From contig CM059432.1 in assembly GCA_030390025.1 (NCBI GenBank), forward strand, positions 37,698,001 through 37,762,000: a stretch of DNA of 64,000 nt, read 5' to 3'. Origin of the DNA: Squalus acanthias (lineage: Eukaryota). This document shows, piece by piece, positions 26,575 to 38,846 of the stretch (position 1 is the stretch's first letter; each line of letters begins with the position of its first letter). Made by a program: the position numbers and the translations under genes. The notes beneath the pieces are model-generated. The model ran no database searches. It had not been told where the DNA came from and saw only the letters and a list, made by a program, of their open reading frames with translations.

Positions 26575-27245
26575 TAGAAACATAGAAAATTAAGAGTAGG
26601 AGTCGGCCATTCGGCCCTTCGAGCCTGCTCCGCCATTCAATACGATCATGGCTGATCCTCCATCTCAATACCATATTCCCGCTCTCTCCCCATACCCCTT
26701 GATGCCTTTTGTGTCTAGAAATCTATCTATCTCCTTCTTAAATATATTCAGTGACTTGGCCTCCACAGCCTTCTGTGGTAGAGAATTCCACAGGTTCACC
26801 TCCCTCTGAGTGAAGAAATTTCTCCTCATCTCAGTCCTAAATGTCCTACCCCGTATCCTGAGACTGTGACCCCTCGTTCTAAACCCCCCAGCCAGGGGAA
26901 ACATCCTCCCTGCATCCAGTCTGTCTAGCCCTGTCAGAATTTTATACGTTTCAATGAGATCCCCTCTCATTCTTCTAAACTCTAGTGAATACAGGCCTAG
27001 TCGACCCAATCTCTCCTCATACGACAGTCCTGCCATCCCTGGAATCAGTCTGGCGAACCTTCGCTGCACTCCCTCTATGGCAAGTATATCCTTTCTTAGG
27101 TAAGGAGACCAAAACTGCACACAGTACTCCAGGTGTGGTCTCACCAAGGCACTGTATTAAGACATCCTTGCTCCTGTACTCAAATCCTCTTGCAATGAAG
27201 GCCAACATACCAATCGAAACATAGAAAAATAGGAGCAGGAGTAGG
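26575..27245 (-). mobile_element. 5'-truncated HER1-like CR1 LINE, plus a second tail stub at 27213-27245
   Basis: Intact ORF2 C-terminus VRPHLEYCVQFWSPYLRKD...KGIKGYGERAG (26665-27147) and a (TTTCTATG)-type tail. Confidence 0.92.
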
Positions 27246-27640
27246 TGCCCTAACCCAACCAGCTGTATCTATGGACCTAGGTACATATACCTGAGGAGTT
27301 TTCCCTCACCATGGTGGCAGTCCTGGGCTTATGCCATCTTTTACGGTCAATCTGCAGTGTACCGATGCATACAGATGCTGTGCTTGCCAGCACAATCTCT
27401 TTAGTTACTTTCCCTATGGAAAGCTGCCTGCAGCACCAGAGGGCTCTGCACTTTTCCCATGTGTCACATTTCACCAAGCTACAGAGCATTATAAATAGTG
27501 TTTATGTGACTACCTGGGCCTCTACCATAATCCCATGGCCTTCATGAACAGAAAAGGAGTATCATTCCATTAATATGCAGGTGGCCCGCATAACAGAATT
27601 ACACAGGTGAATGTCCGCTACCCTGGTGTACACATATGCA
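27246..27640 (+). mobile_element. Fossil PIF/Harbinger transposase, copy 2 (heavily deleted)
   Basis: Remnants AFMNRKG, YHSINMQV and QVNVRYPG correspond to the Harbinger NRKG-H-S-N-Q and PG motifs. Confidence 0.65.
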
Positions 27641-28646
27641 CATGCTATGGCCCATGGCACTATCCCCACCATTGTCTTCTGCCTTGCCTCAAATATCATG
27701 GGATACCAATCCACTAATTTGCTGATAACCCATTTCACTTTATCAGAAGTGAACTTTGGAAACCAATTTATTTCTCTGAGAGTGAAGCGAGGAGGTGAGA
27801 TTAATGTTTTCCGAGCCCAGTTCTTTCTTTCTTCATGGTGACAGTTACAGCGGTAGATCGGGGAACCCTGCCAGAAACTCTACTCTTAGATACTTAAAAC
27901 AAAGGTAAGCGAGTGTATGTTGCGGTGGGGTTTCTGTACAGAGTCCCATTCACCACTCTCAATACGGTGAACATTTTAATAACCGGCGGTAATTAGATCA
28001 CTGATATTCGTTTCTGTAATGTCCATCATCATCCATCATCTTGTACATTTTATGTTGAAACAACAGGCCCCCATGCCAGCCAGAGCAATGTTATTAGCAG
28101 TCCATGTGCGTGAGCACTACTACATTACGTTACTCTGTGCACATCGTAGTTATGAAGCACAAACATAACAATGTCCGATCTATTAAGGCTGTGGCGGAAA
28201 TCCCGTAAGATTACAGGAGGCACGTTGAGTGTCTGCTATCCTGCTCCACAGGTTTCAGTGTAGACTAAACAATAGGAAATTAATGAGCAGGCCTTGTACA
28301 TCATTTCTCTGGTAATTGTATTTCATACAATTCCTGGATCTCGCTAGTGTAACCTCTCCTTTCTACACTTGAGAACCAGCACAAACACAGTGTTGTTGTC
28401 TCTGTTGCTGTGACTGAAAGTCAGGAAGTATTAGCCCTTCTAGAATACTGGGAAGCAGGCAGCAGGGATGTGCAATAACAGAGTATTCTGTGTGCTACTG
28501 GAGTATAAAACCACTGACCTCCATCAACGCATGGGAGGGGGTTTAGTTTCCCCATTTAATGAAAACTGACGGTGTAATTAACTAACTGGCAACAAAATTG
28601 CAGGAATGCACGGCTTTGAAACGCTCATTTTCTAATAAAAGTAATT

Positions 28647-29094
28647 TGTGTCGGACTTTGCTCAGTGGTAGCACACTCGCCTCTGAGTAAGAAGGTCGTG
28701 GGTTCAAGTCCCACTCCAGAGACTTGAGCACATAATCCAGGTTGGCACATCAGTGCAGTGCTGAGGGACTTCTGCACTGTTGGAGGTGCTGTCTTTCAGT
28801 TGTGACGTTAAACCGAGGACCCGTCTGAACTCTCAAGTGGACATAAAAGATCCCACGGCAATATTTGAAGAAAAGCAGGGCAGTTCTCCCCGGTGTCTTG
28901 GCCAATATTTATCCTTCAACTGACACTATTAAAAACACATTATCTCATTGCTGTTAGTGGAACCTTACTGTGCACAAATTGGCTGCCGTGTTTCCTACAT
29001 TACAAACGTGACGACACTTCAAAAAGTATTTCATTGGCTGTAAAGAGCTTTGGGATGTTCCGAGGTTGTAAAAGGCGCTATGTAACTGCAAGTC
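28647..29094 (+). mobile_element. SacSINE1-like Deu-SINE
   Basis: A and B boxes (gctcagtggt; ggttcaagtcc), Deu core and L2-like tail. Confidence 0.88.
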
Positions 29095-29429
29095 CTATCA
29101 TTTCCTTTCTATTCCCTTAACAATCTGTTACTTGCAAGAAAAACAGACATCCCTTTGACTTTTTGTTAAAAGAGATAGTTCAGCCATATGCCTTTAGGGA
29201 CATTGGCTAAAAGTGATGCTGTGGTTTTGAAAGCTTACAGGCAATTATCAGGCATTTTAATGATCTCAGCTGAGAATATTTAACATGGAGGCTCTTTGGC
29301 TCCTCACCTGTTTCTGTGTTAAGATTGCCCTGGCTCCACAGCACATCACATTTTTTCACTTTCTTGTTATTTCCCTTCTCAGTTTTTGCTCATTCATGCT
29401 GGCATAGGTTCTGTAGGCCCTGTCCGCTC

Positions 29430-29760
29430 TCACCCCAGTGGTAATTCTTGGCACGTGAGCCAAGAAAGTGAGTGCCGGCAGGCCATTTGGCCATGGGAGC
29501 ATCACATCTGAGCCTGATCCTGTTCTCAACTGGCGTCCACAAATGTGCTTTCCAGCAGGGTCACTGGCTACCAGTCAGGAGCAGGAACTCTGGCTGATTC
29601 TTCCCCTCTTAGCCCTAAGAGCACTGATGCTAATTGAGGCATCCCACCAACTGAGCTCAGCCAAACCCAGCCCAATTCAGGGATCAAACCCAGCGTCTTC
29701 CTGGTGTATATGTCTAAGTTCTGTAATGGCCATTCGCCGTACAAACTGGGCCACAGAGGT
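29430..29760 (-). mobile_element. Third tRNA-related SINE family ('family C', unnamed)
   Basis: The minus strand has A-box-like tggcccagtttg and B-box-like gggtttgatccc. The body recurs at 30880-31130, 32030-32340, 39620-39910 and 45440-46390. Confidence 0.65.
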
Positions 29761-30024
29761 GAAGACTTGGGACGTGACCACCTTTTCTTTATTAAATGGG
29801 GCTTTATCCAAAAACCATCTGGAAAACTGATTGATTGTGAAGATGGCTGTAGGAAAAGTCAGTTTCTCTTGGAACTAAATCAACAAGCAAATGAGTGTTT
29901 GAACTGCTTAATACTAATCGTATTGCACCGGATCAGTATACGTGGAATCTATTTCTGTGGATTAGTACTAGAAGCATAATGGGCGAGATTGGAAGAGCGG
30001 GCTATTAGATTATGGAATATATTG

Positions 30025-30653
30025 CAGTTCCCACCTCTTAAAACGTTCACGTTTAAAAGGGGCAATCGCTTATATCGGCCAAAAAGCGAAAACCATTAGC
30101 CATTTGCATAAACGCCAATTTCAAGGTTGCCGGTTATAGCGTCTTTAGCGCTCCGTTTATGTTGGGTAGAAACAGCTGTGCTAATTCGTTAGTTTGCACC
30201 TTGTTAAACGGGTTGAAGAGAATGTCCCATCTTCCACTGTGTAAGTGACATTCATTAGGTGTTTGGGTTGTTTAAAATGGTTGTTCGGTTAAGGAGTTAA
30301 ATTTGTGTGTTTTCACTGCTCTGGATCTTGCTGAGATGCTCTACCTGGTGATGGCTTGTTTCTGACTGATGGGTCCTGCTCCTCTCTTTCCTGATGACCG
30401 CGGCCAGGGTGAGGGGGTCCTTGGTCGAATACGTGCATCAGTTTGGCTTTTGCCTTTTGCTCAGATTACACACCTTTATCACAGATCGAGTTTAAATTAC
30501 GCTCCGTGGCCTTCAGCATTACCTTGTATTACATGCCTAATATGATAAGCATCTCGTTCCAGTGTTCAAAATGCGTTATAGCGCTGCCACTTTATACCAG
30601 CCATCGCTTATAGCGTCCACCCTAACGCGCCCACCATTAAGCAGTGGGGACTG
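30025..30653. mobile_element. Non-autonomous Tc1/mariner (Tigger-like) element, copy 2, opposite orientation to copy 1
   Basis: CAGTTCCCACCTCTTAA at the left and TTAAGCAGTGGGGACTG-TA at the right. Ends are homologous to 20946-21735. Confidence 0.75.
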
Positions 30654-30879
30654 TAGTACAAGTGGCTATTGAAGCCAAATCAGTCTGAACACTTCAGAGG
30701 GAAGTAGATAAACACATGAAGAAGAAAACTATTAAACGGTATGCGTAAGGAAAAGGGGTCAGAGTAGACCGCTCTGATGTGGAGCTATCGCTGGTCTGTG
30801 GCTGAATGTGCTGCAGTTACTCTGATAAATATAAGCTTACACAAACGCATGTCATATTCCCTATGATATGCCACTGCCA

Positions 30880-31130
30880 TCTCGTCTAAGTAGCCATTCT
30901 TCATATGTGAGCCTAGAGCATGAGTGTTGGCAGGCTATTCAACTATGGTGGTCATCACAGCCAAGCCTGAGCTTGTACTCACCTGACAGGCACGTACCAA
31001 TCAGGAGCGAGAACACTGACAATGTTCTCCTGCCTAGCCTAGGGGTCCAGAGGCACCTGCCACGACCCCATCCGATATCAGCTTACTTAGCACACACATA
31101 GGATGAAATCTGGGACCTTTCAGGTCTGTA
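30880..31130 (-). mobile_element. SINE family C copy
   Basis: gccattcttcatatgtgagcctagagc...atcaggagcgagaacactgac...cctagcctagggg is homologous to 29430-29760. Confidence 0.6.
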
Positions 31131-31134
31131 TCTT

Positions 31135-31426
31135 GGCGCTCTTCCAATTCTGGCCTCTTGCACATCCACGATTTTCATTGCTCCACTATTGGCGGCCGTG
31201 ACTTCAGCTGCTTAGGCCCTAAGCTCTGGAATTCTCTCCCTGAACCTCTTTGCGTCTCTACCGCTCTCTGCCTTTAAGATCCTCCTTAAAACCTACCTCT
31301 TTGACCAAGCCCTGGTCTAATATCACTTTATGTGGCTCGAAGTCAAATTTTGTTTGATAATCTTTCCTGTGAAGCACCTTGGGACGTTTTACTACTTTAA
31401 AGGCGCTATATAAACGCATGTTGTTG
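31135..31426 (+). mobile_element. L2 LINE 3' end
   Basis: Typical L2 C-terminus and tail (ccctaagctctggaattctctccc...ccttaaaacctacctctttgaccaagc...aggcgctatataaacgcatgttgttg). Confidence 0.85.
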
Positions 31427-32029
31427 CACGGTTCAGATCTGCGCTCAACAGTGCACATATTAGCTGAACCTCCAGAGGCACATTTGCTTCTCTTGTTTTA
31501 TTATCAGTTTTACTATCACACAGTAAGTGACACGAGTAGCATGAAAATCCGTAATCTCCCATCATGCAATATTTATCACTACGATATCTTGTGAAATTCT
31601 AAGATGGAGTATTGTGAACCAGGCGTTTGGCAATGTGGGAAGCAGTATTCGTTGTGTAATTGGGATTAATAACATACTTATTTGTTCAGATATATGTAAT
31701 GTCATTGCCAGTATTTTAGAAATTATTATTTTCTAGAGCATGGCACGAGTGCCAGACAGCGCATGAGAGAGCAATATTAACAGTTTTCTACCATTCTCTT
31801 TTCTTTTTTGATGATGTTTTACTACCATAACAATGAGTGCAAATTCTCCAACTAAAGGCTTTCTTTACAGTGTGACCGTTTCAGAAAAATTAATGGCTTT
31901 TTGAGAAATTGCAGCCAACCTTACAGGACCTTGTTTCCAAATTGTTTTTCATGTCACCACAGTCTTGGGCGATCCTTAACTCACTTCTCACTAGGTTCTG
32001 CTATTTTTCAAGAGCTGTAAGGTTTGCGA

Positions 32030-32183
32030 AAGGAAAATGATTTGTTTCAATCTGTGCTGAGTTAGCCAATCTCCGGTCTGGCAGAAGTCGATGCGCTACA
32101 ATTGGCTTCTCCGCTCCTGGCTAGAGGGAAAAAATTACCCAATATTTCTGCTCCTGTTATTTTATCCATTGACTCTTAGTGGG

Positions 32184-32249
<66 letters not shown>

Positions 32250-32340
32250 AGAAGGACGGATGGACTCTGGGTGAGATCAGGTTTGGCTGAGATGCTCCTC
32301 CAAGTTCAAATAGCCTGCTTGCACTCATTGCCTAGACTCT
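32030..32340 (+). mobile_element. SINE family C copy containing a GT microsatellite
   Basis: Plus-strand homology to family C on both sides of the repeat. Confidence 0.6.
32186..32247. repeat. (GT)31 microsatellite
   Basis: Perfect dinucleotide run. Confidence 0.98.
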
Positions 32341-32841
32341 GGGCCCGATTTTAACTTGCTCCTACCCCCGCCTGGTGGAAAACAGGTCGGCTGGGGGCAG
32401 TTAAAATAAGGATAGTCACTTCCCCCTCTGATCCCGCCATGTCCCAGGTGAGCAGGAAGGGTGCGGCGTCCTTATTTAAATATACAGATGTCATCAGGAC
32501 CCGATCTATGTTTTTACTTGGAGGCCTGAGCGAGGGAGCAGTGACGGCGTCCCCGTCAGGCCAAACCTGCCAGGAGGTGGATCGTGGGCCAGAAAAGGCC
32601 CAGGCAGGGAAGTGATGATAACATTTAATTTTAGGTTTCCTTGCGGGCCTTGCGCCTCCCTTGCCCTGGGGTTCCTCCCCCCAACCCCCGAACATAGCCA
32701 GACCCCCTGTCCACCAATTACCGAGGTCCCCGGCTGCGGGCTCCTGCTGACAAATTGGCCGGGCCTCCATGTCCCCGGATTCTCCGCTCTCTTCGGGGCT
32801 AGCGTGCACCGTACCCATCCCCCCTCATTAAAATCGGGGCC
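32341..32841. mobile_element. GC-rich MITE, probably Harbinger-derived
   Basis: TIRs GGGCCCGATTTTAA and TTAAAATCGGGGCC (13/14 complementary). No clear TSD. Confidence 0.75.
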
Positions 32842-33175
32842 ATAACATGATGCAAGGCCACTTAGCTGAGGTAAGGGAGGGTCGCTGGGGGCTGTGGAAC
32901 CATCTCTCAGCATAGGCCAGCATCTTCAGGAGAGCAGGGGAAGGAAAGAAGTGAAAGTTTAAAGCAATATATGTGATAACAGCTGAAAAGCAATAGTCTC
33001 ATCCAACTATGAATCCCTTTGCTATAAATAAAAAATCTACCAGTCAGTGTTGGTGCAAAATCTATGTACTGTAGGTCTGCAGAGAGGGAGAGAGCAAGTC
33101 GCATACACTCTGTTATCTTTGGCTCCCTGATCTGTGCGTTGCTCGGAGTGATTTCTAGTGATTCTCTGTTTTCAG

Positions 33176-33281
33176 GGATATGAAAACAGAGGGCGGGAGG
33201 CAGAGGCATCCTTCTGGTGGAGTCGGTGCCAAGGAGGTGGTGATTGGTCTTGAAGGAGTGGAGCTGGGTGCTGATGGCAAG
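33176..33281 (+). CDS. CABLES1: CABLES1 internal coding exon B (106 bp, phase 2-0)
   Basis: Acceptor attctctgttttcAG and donor AAG|GTGGGT. Encodes DMKTEGGRQRHPSGGVGAKEVVIGLEGVELGADGK, containing the CABLES motif LEGVELGADGK. In frame with exon A. Confidence 0.95.
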
Positions 33282-34378
33282 GTGGGTATCATTGGGGCAG
33301 CCTGCAAGGGTTGCAGTGGGCACTTGGGCCTTACCGATCCAAAGGTGTTTCTGTCCATGTTTACGGTTCCAACTTTTAAAAATGACTGGGTACTTGTTTA
33401 ACGAGAAACTTATTCACTAAATTTGTGTTTGAAGTTGATGAAAAACTCAGAGTGAGCAGCAAACTGTATCTATTACAAAATGTTCTGTTCCTTTCGTGGG
33501 CTCAGAAGTATCAGTGTTAACAATGTATGTGGGTGACTGAGTGGCCACTAATATTATCTTCAGAAAGTCCTAAACGGAGGATGAAATAACAACTTGTGAA
33601 AATCTATTCCAACCTGCTAATACACGAAGCATCTTACAATCATTTGAATCCAATGCACAACAAATCTATGGGTATCTTTTTACCGGGTGGGGAAAAAGTT
33701 GGTCCAAGTATAAAATCGGAAAACCCATATAGTCGCACTGAATTTTGATGGACTAAGTGACTGGAGGAAAACGTACTCCCTTGAAGGGATAATACACACA
33801 CGTAACCATCCATTCTACAATCAGTCGTCTGTTTTGGCCCCTAATTTATTCGCTGTTGCTGGCAGGTTTCTGCCTTAAAATGAGTGTACTGACGTTTCTC
33901 AAGGTGGATTCCGGGGGTGATTTCTGCTAGATGTCTGCTCCGTAATGGTTACATTGCGGTTTGCGATGCCATCTGGGGCCTTCCGTGCACTGATCTGCTG
34001 CTGCTGGGAGCTCATTACCATAAGAGGAGGAACTGTGTTGTAATTCCTTCAAATCCCGTGACTTGAGCTCCTGTTGCACCAACGATAACTTGTAACGAGT
34101 AAATGAGGGCATACCCATTGCCTGTATCTGCTGATACCGGTGGAAGTGCTTTACTTTGGAACTTGCAGCCCAAAGAAACTATTCAAAAGAGATTGCTGAA
34201 GTTATGGAAGAGCTTTTAAACCTTTCTTTTTGCCTTGCACCTAGATTGAGCGGGATTTGCCTGAGGCCGCCAGAAAATTTTTGCCCCAACCCACAGTAAG
34301 AGATTCAGAATACCAGGTATGGGATTCCCAATCAGCATTCCCTTGTATACAATTTCAAAGGAGGACAAAGAAGAATGC

Positions 34379-34957
34379 AACAACAGTAACAACAACTTAC
34401 ATTTATATAGCGCCTTTATTGTAGTAAAACGTCCCAAGGTGCTTCACAGGACCATTATCGAACAAAATTTGACACCGAGCCACATAAGGAGATATTAGGA
34501 CAGGTGACCAAAAGATTAGTCAAAGAGGTAAGTTTCAAGGAGCGTCTTGAGGAGAGAGAGGTAGAGAGGTGGAAAGGTTTAGGGAGGGAATTCTAGAGCT
34601 TAGGGCCTTGGCAGCTGAAGGCACGGCTGACAATGGTGGTTCGAAGAAAATCAGGGATGCGCAAGAGGCCAGAATTGGAGGAATGCAGACATCTCGGGGC
34701 TGTAGGGCTGGAAGATATTACAGAGATAGGGACGGGTGAGGCCATGGAGGGATTTGAAAACAAGGATGAGAATTTTAAAGGAGAGGCGTTGCTGGACCGG
34801 GAGCCAATGTATGTCAGCGAGCACAGGGATGATGGGCGTACGGGACTTGGTGCGGGTTAGGATATGGGTAGAAAGATTTTGGTTGAGCACAAGTTTACGG
34901 TGGGTGCAAGGTGGGAGCATGGCATGGATGAGGGTTTCAGCAGCAGATGAGCTGCAG
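34379..34957 (-). mobile_element. L2 LINE 3' fragment
   Basis: ORF remnant ITPVL-like IIPVLADIHWLPVQQRLSFKILILVFKSLHGL, with a (TTG)n tail. Confidence 0.9.
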
Positions 34958-34959
34958 CA

Positions 34960-35860
34960 TTGCAAGATGGAGGAAAGGAGAGTGAGGCAGCATTTGAGGA
35001 GACAGTGCTCCACAAGATTTTACCGCTCACCTCAAAGAATTTATAGGTCACACAGATCCTATAAAGATCTTAGTGAGGTGCCCTAGAGGAATGTTAGAGG
35101 AATGTGCTTAGTCAAGGGAGCAATAGTATGCCAGCTATTACATGAAGACCTATGGCTAAGATCATCTGCCCAGACACCTCTGCCTATGGTTGTGAAAGTA
35201 ATGACCGCACTCAACTTTTATGTCACAGGCTCATTTCAAGCAGCCCTCAAGGATCTTTGCAATGTCACCCAATGTTCCATCTTGCAATGCATTCGTCAGG
35301 TAACTGACAACATGTTTTAGGAGATCATGGGGAATTCATCTAGTTTGGCACGACAGCAAAGCAACGTGATAGGATCATCCAGTTTTATCTCATTGACGGC
35401 TTCTTCAAAGTGCAGGGTGCAATAGATGGTACACATGTACCATTGCAAGCTACTACCATGAATCCTCTCAAACTTCTTAACATAAAGGGGTACCGCACGC
35501 TGAATGTCCAGATTGTGAGTCACCAGATGCAATGAATCCTTCCACAGTTTCACCAGATTTGCTGGAAGTTGTCGTGATCCATTCATCCGTAGGAATTCTG
35601 CCCTCCCTGAGCTCTTCAAGGAAGACCGTCAAGTAAATGGACGGCTTGTGGGTGACATGGCCTACTCTTTGCTACCATAGACAATGATCCTTTTAAGAGT
35701 TGCAAGAACAGAACTGAGGAGCACATGCCTCTACTAAAGTGGCCACTAAGAAGACTTAACCGGGTGCTTTCGCTGACTTGATAGATCAGATTGTGTATCC
35801 CGTATAGTTATAGTTTGCAGCGCCCCGAACTACAATGCCATCCAAAAAAGTAAGAACATG
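34960..35860 (+). mobile_element. Fossil PIF/Harbinger transposase, copy 3
   Basis: RIYRSHRSYKDLSE, VKVMTALNFYVTGSFQ, CIRQVTD, KVQGAIDGTHV, KGYRTLNVQIV, FAGSCRD and LVGDMAY: the Harbinger DDE motif series, with stops. Confidence 0.88.
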
Positions 35861-36224
35861 GAGGTTCCTGGGGAGATGGCCCTAGCTGTTTTGGCCGCAG
35901 GCGGGCAGGGTTAAAATCTAATTTCAATACCCCGACAGCCACCTAGTTAAATACTTCCATGTTACGCAGCAATTACATGACTGAAACAACAAAAGATATG
36001 CAATTTCTGCCAGGGTCAGTGCTGGAGAAGATCAGTGAGTGGAAGTTCCACCTCTGGGGCCTCCTGGATTTTCAGGGTCCTTTTAACTTATTTTCTTATC
36101 ATATAAAATTTGTTTTTCTTCACGTTGTAAACTTTTCTGTTAATCAAAATATCATTGGCAAGTCATTCTTTTGGAGCCCAATAAATATTTTAAAATTAGG
36201 CGCAAGGTTTAGCAAGGTCTAGAT

Positions 36225-36440
36225 AAGACCTTATATAAGCACTCTTCAAGTCCTCAAAACATTCCAAAATGCTTTACGGCCAATGAATTACTTTTGAAGT
36301 GTAGTCACTGTTGTTTTGTGTGCAAATACGGCAACCAACTTGTCCACATCAGAGTCCCACAAATAGCAATAGAATGATTGACCTGTTAAGCTGTTTTTAT
36401 TTGTGTTGGTTGAGGGATAAATGTTGGCCAGGACTGAGGA
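36225..36440 (-). mobile_element. SacSINE1-like 3' fragment
   Basis: Matches SINE tail and core (gccaatgaattacttttgaagtgtagtcactg...ttgagggataaatgttggccaggac). Confidence 0.7.
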
Positions 36441-36619
36441 GTAAACTCCAATTATTCGACACTGACAATGTGTCTTAAAATCATAGAATCATACAGCACA
36501 GAATCATTCAGCCTATCTTGTCTTTGAAAAAGCTATCCAATTAGTCTTACTTCCCTGCTCTTTCCCCTGTCAAATTTCTCCTTTTCAAGTATATATCCAT
36601 TTCCCTTTTGAAAGTTAAT

Positions 36620-37366
36620 GGCCTGGATTTTGCAGTGATAAAATGACGGCAAAACTATCAGTGTTTGCCATCATTACCCCTCTGAAGCTGACCATAACTT
36701 CAGGATTTAGCACATGTGCAGATAAATGCAGAAATCCTGAAGTTGCAGTCAGTAATTCCCTGCTGCGCCACAAGTTGCGCTGTGAAACTCCCCATAGCTG
36801 GCAATCAAATGAAATCACTTGAACTGATGAAAACTTCCCCTTTTACGATGGAATATCACTGTTAAAAAGCTCCTAAAGCGTTAAGCCTTTTTGAAAGAGG
36901 TATAACTGGGTTTTTAACGGCGTACTGACTGCTGAACAACAGTTCTGGCCCTGAAAAGCTAATTTTATATTTGTGAATGTCAAATTTTTCCATTGACATG
37001 ATTAAGAATTACAAGTTTTTAATTTTTTTTTTAAGTTTTTGATATTTCAGCTTCTACCTTAACTTTATGTGTATGTCCCAATCTTTATTTTGCTCTTTGT
37101 AAAATTTATAAAAAGTACATTAGAATCTGTGCATTTTACTTCCTGGTTTGCTGTCTGAGAATTCTTCAATGTGATTGGCTGCTCAGCCAGCTTGGTGACA
37201 TTGCTGTTGCTGGACGCTTAGGATTCGCTTGATTTGGCGGCAGATTCAAACAAAGGTCTGGAGAGCTGAAATCGATGCCACAGAGATTGTTAGATCTTTG
37301 TGGGCAGCTTTCTTCGAGGTCAGCGGCGATTGCCGTTGCTTCGCCGCTGACCGCAGATTCTGGGCC
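36620..37366. mobile_element. MITE, probably Harbinger-derived
   Basis: Imperfect TIRs GGCCTGGATTTTGC and GCAGATTCTGGGCC. Interrupts a CR1 fragment. Confidence 0.65.
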
Positions 37367-37618
37367 ATAATTGAATCTGCTTCCACCACCCTTTCAGGCA
37401 GTGAATTCCAGATCATAACAACTCGCTGCGTAAAAAAAATTCTCCTCATTTCCCCCCTGGACTTTTTGCAAATTATCTTATATCTGTGTCCTCTGGTTAC
37501 TGACCTTCATAGAAACATAGAATCTAGGAGCAGGAGTAGGCCATTCGGCCCATCGAGCCTGCTCCACCATTCAATACGATCATGGCTGATCATCCAAATC
37601 CAGTACCCTGTCCCTGCT

Positions 37619-37927
37619 TTAATCCCCACAGTACACATATCCCACCCTACCCCCGTAACCCCACGTATTTAATTCCCCCTAACATATCCCATCCCCTCAC
37701 ATATTTAATCCCCCCCCTAACACGAAGGGTCAATTTATCATAGCCAAATCAACCTAACCCGCACATTTTTGGACTGTGGGAGGAAACCGGAGCACCCGGA
37801 GGAAACCCACGCAGACACGGGGAGAATGTGCAAACTCCACACAGACAGTCACCCGAGGTCAGATTCGAACCCGGGTCCCTGGCGCTGTGAGGCACCAGTG
37901 CTAACCACTATGCCACCGTGTTGCCCC
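37619..37927 (-). mobile_element. HE1-like V-SINE with small internal duplication
   Basis: Head and V-domain near-identical to 60113-60424. Confidence 0.9.
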
Positions 37928-38406
37928 AGTGGAAACAGTTCCTGCCAGTGGAAACAGTTTCTCCACATCTACTCTATCAAAACCCCTCAAATTTTGAACA
38001 CCACTATCAAATTTCCCCTTAACCTTCTCTGCTGTAAGGAGAACAATCCCAGCTTCTATAGTCTCTCCACATAACTCTCCACAGAATCTATCCTGAGATG
38101 CACTAACATGCATTGTGGGGCAGTCCTTACTACACCATATGGCCTATGTAAATGACAGCTTGTTTCATGCAGGTTTCTGCTGTGGGCTTTCACCCATTAG
38201 GAACTTGGTTGAGACTGCACAAACTCATTTCATGTTACCCTTACAGCCAACAGTTCACTCTCATTCAGCAGATTCCTAGTCCAGTGAAGTTTTAAAGATA
38301 AAATGCATTAGTAAGAATAATGTTGTTTAGGAACTAATTGTAAAGTCATATCACTACTGTCCAACTTCAGCTGTACTTTACACTAGAGAGAGAGGCCAGT
38401 GATTGG

Positions 38407-38846
38407 AAAAAAAAAGACTTGCGTTTATATAGCGCCTTTCACGACCACTGGACGTCCCAAAGCACTTTACAGCCAATGAAGTACTTTTGAAGTGTAGTCA
38501 CTGTTGTAATGTAGGAAATGTGGTAGCCAATTTTTGTACAGCAAGCTCCCACCAACAGCAATGTGATAATGACCAGATAATCTGTTTTTAGTGATGTTGA
38601 TTGAGGGATAAATATTGGCCAGGACACCGGTGATAACTCCCCTGCTCTTCTTCGAAATAGTGCCATAGGATATTTTACGTCCACCTGAGAGAGCAGACAG
38701 GGCCTCGATTTAACGTCTCACCCAAAAGACAGCACCTCCGACAGTGCAGAACTCCCTCAGTACGGCACTAAAGTGGGAGTTTAGATTATGTGCTCAAGTG
38801 TCTGGAGTGGGACTTGAACCCACAACTTTCTGACTCAGAGGCGAGT
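38407..38846 (-). mobile_element. SacSINE1-like Deu-SINE ending about 70 bp upstream of exon C
   Basis: Near-identical organisation to 19713-20168. Confidence 0.9.

Larger units (their letters stand above)
36478..38075 (-). mobile_element. CR1 3' fragment broken by a MITE (36620-37366), a HER1 stub (37508-37618) and an HE1 SINE (37619-37927)
   Basis: The pieces join to the CR1 C-terminus (FDRVDVEKLFPL; RRIFFTQRVVMIWNSLPERVVEADS) and a ctatgatt tail. Confidence 0.75.

Noticed and set aside
33151..33175. Alternative upstream AG for exon B (33157-33158)
   Set aside because: It would add 17 nt and shift the frame, and the downstream acceptor has the better pyrimidine tract.
34960..35860. Domesticated HARBI1 gene
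   Set aside because: Multiple stops and frameshifts, an intronic location and several unrelated copies indicate transposon fossils.
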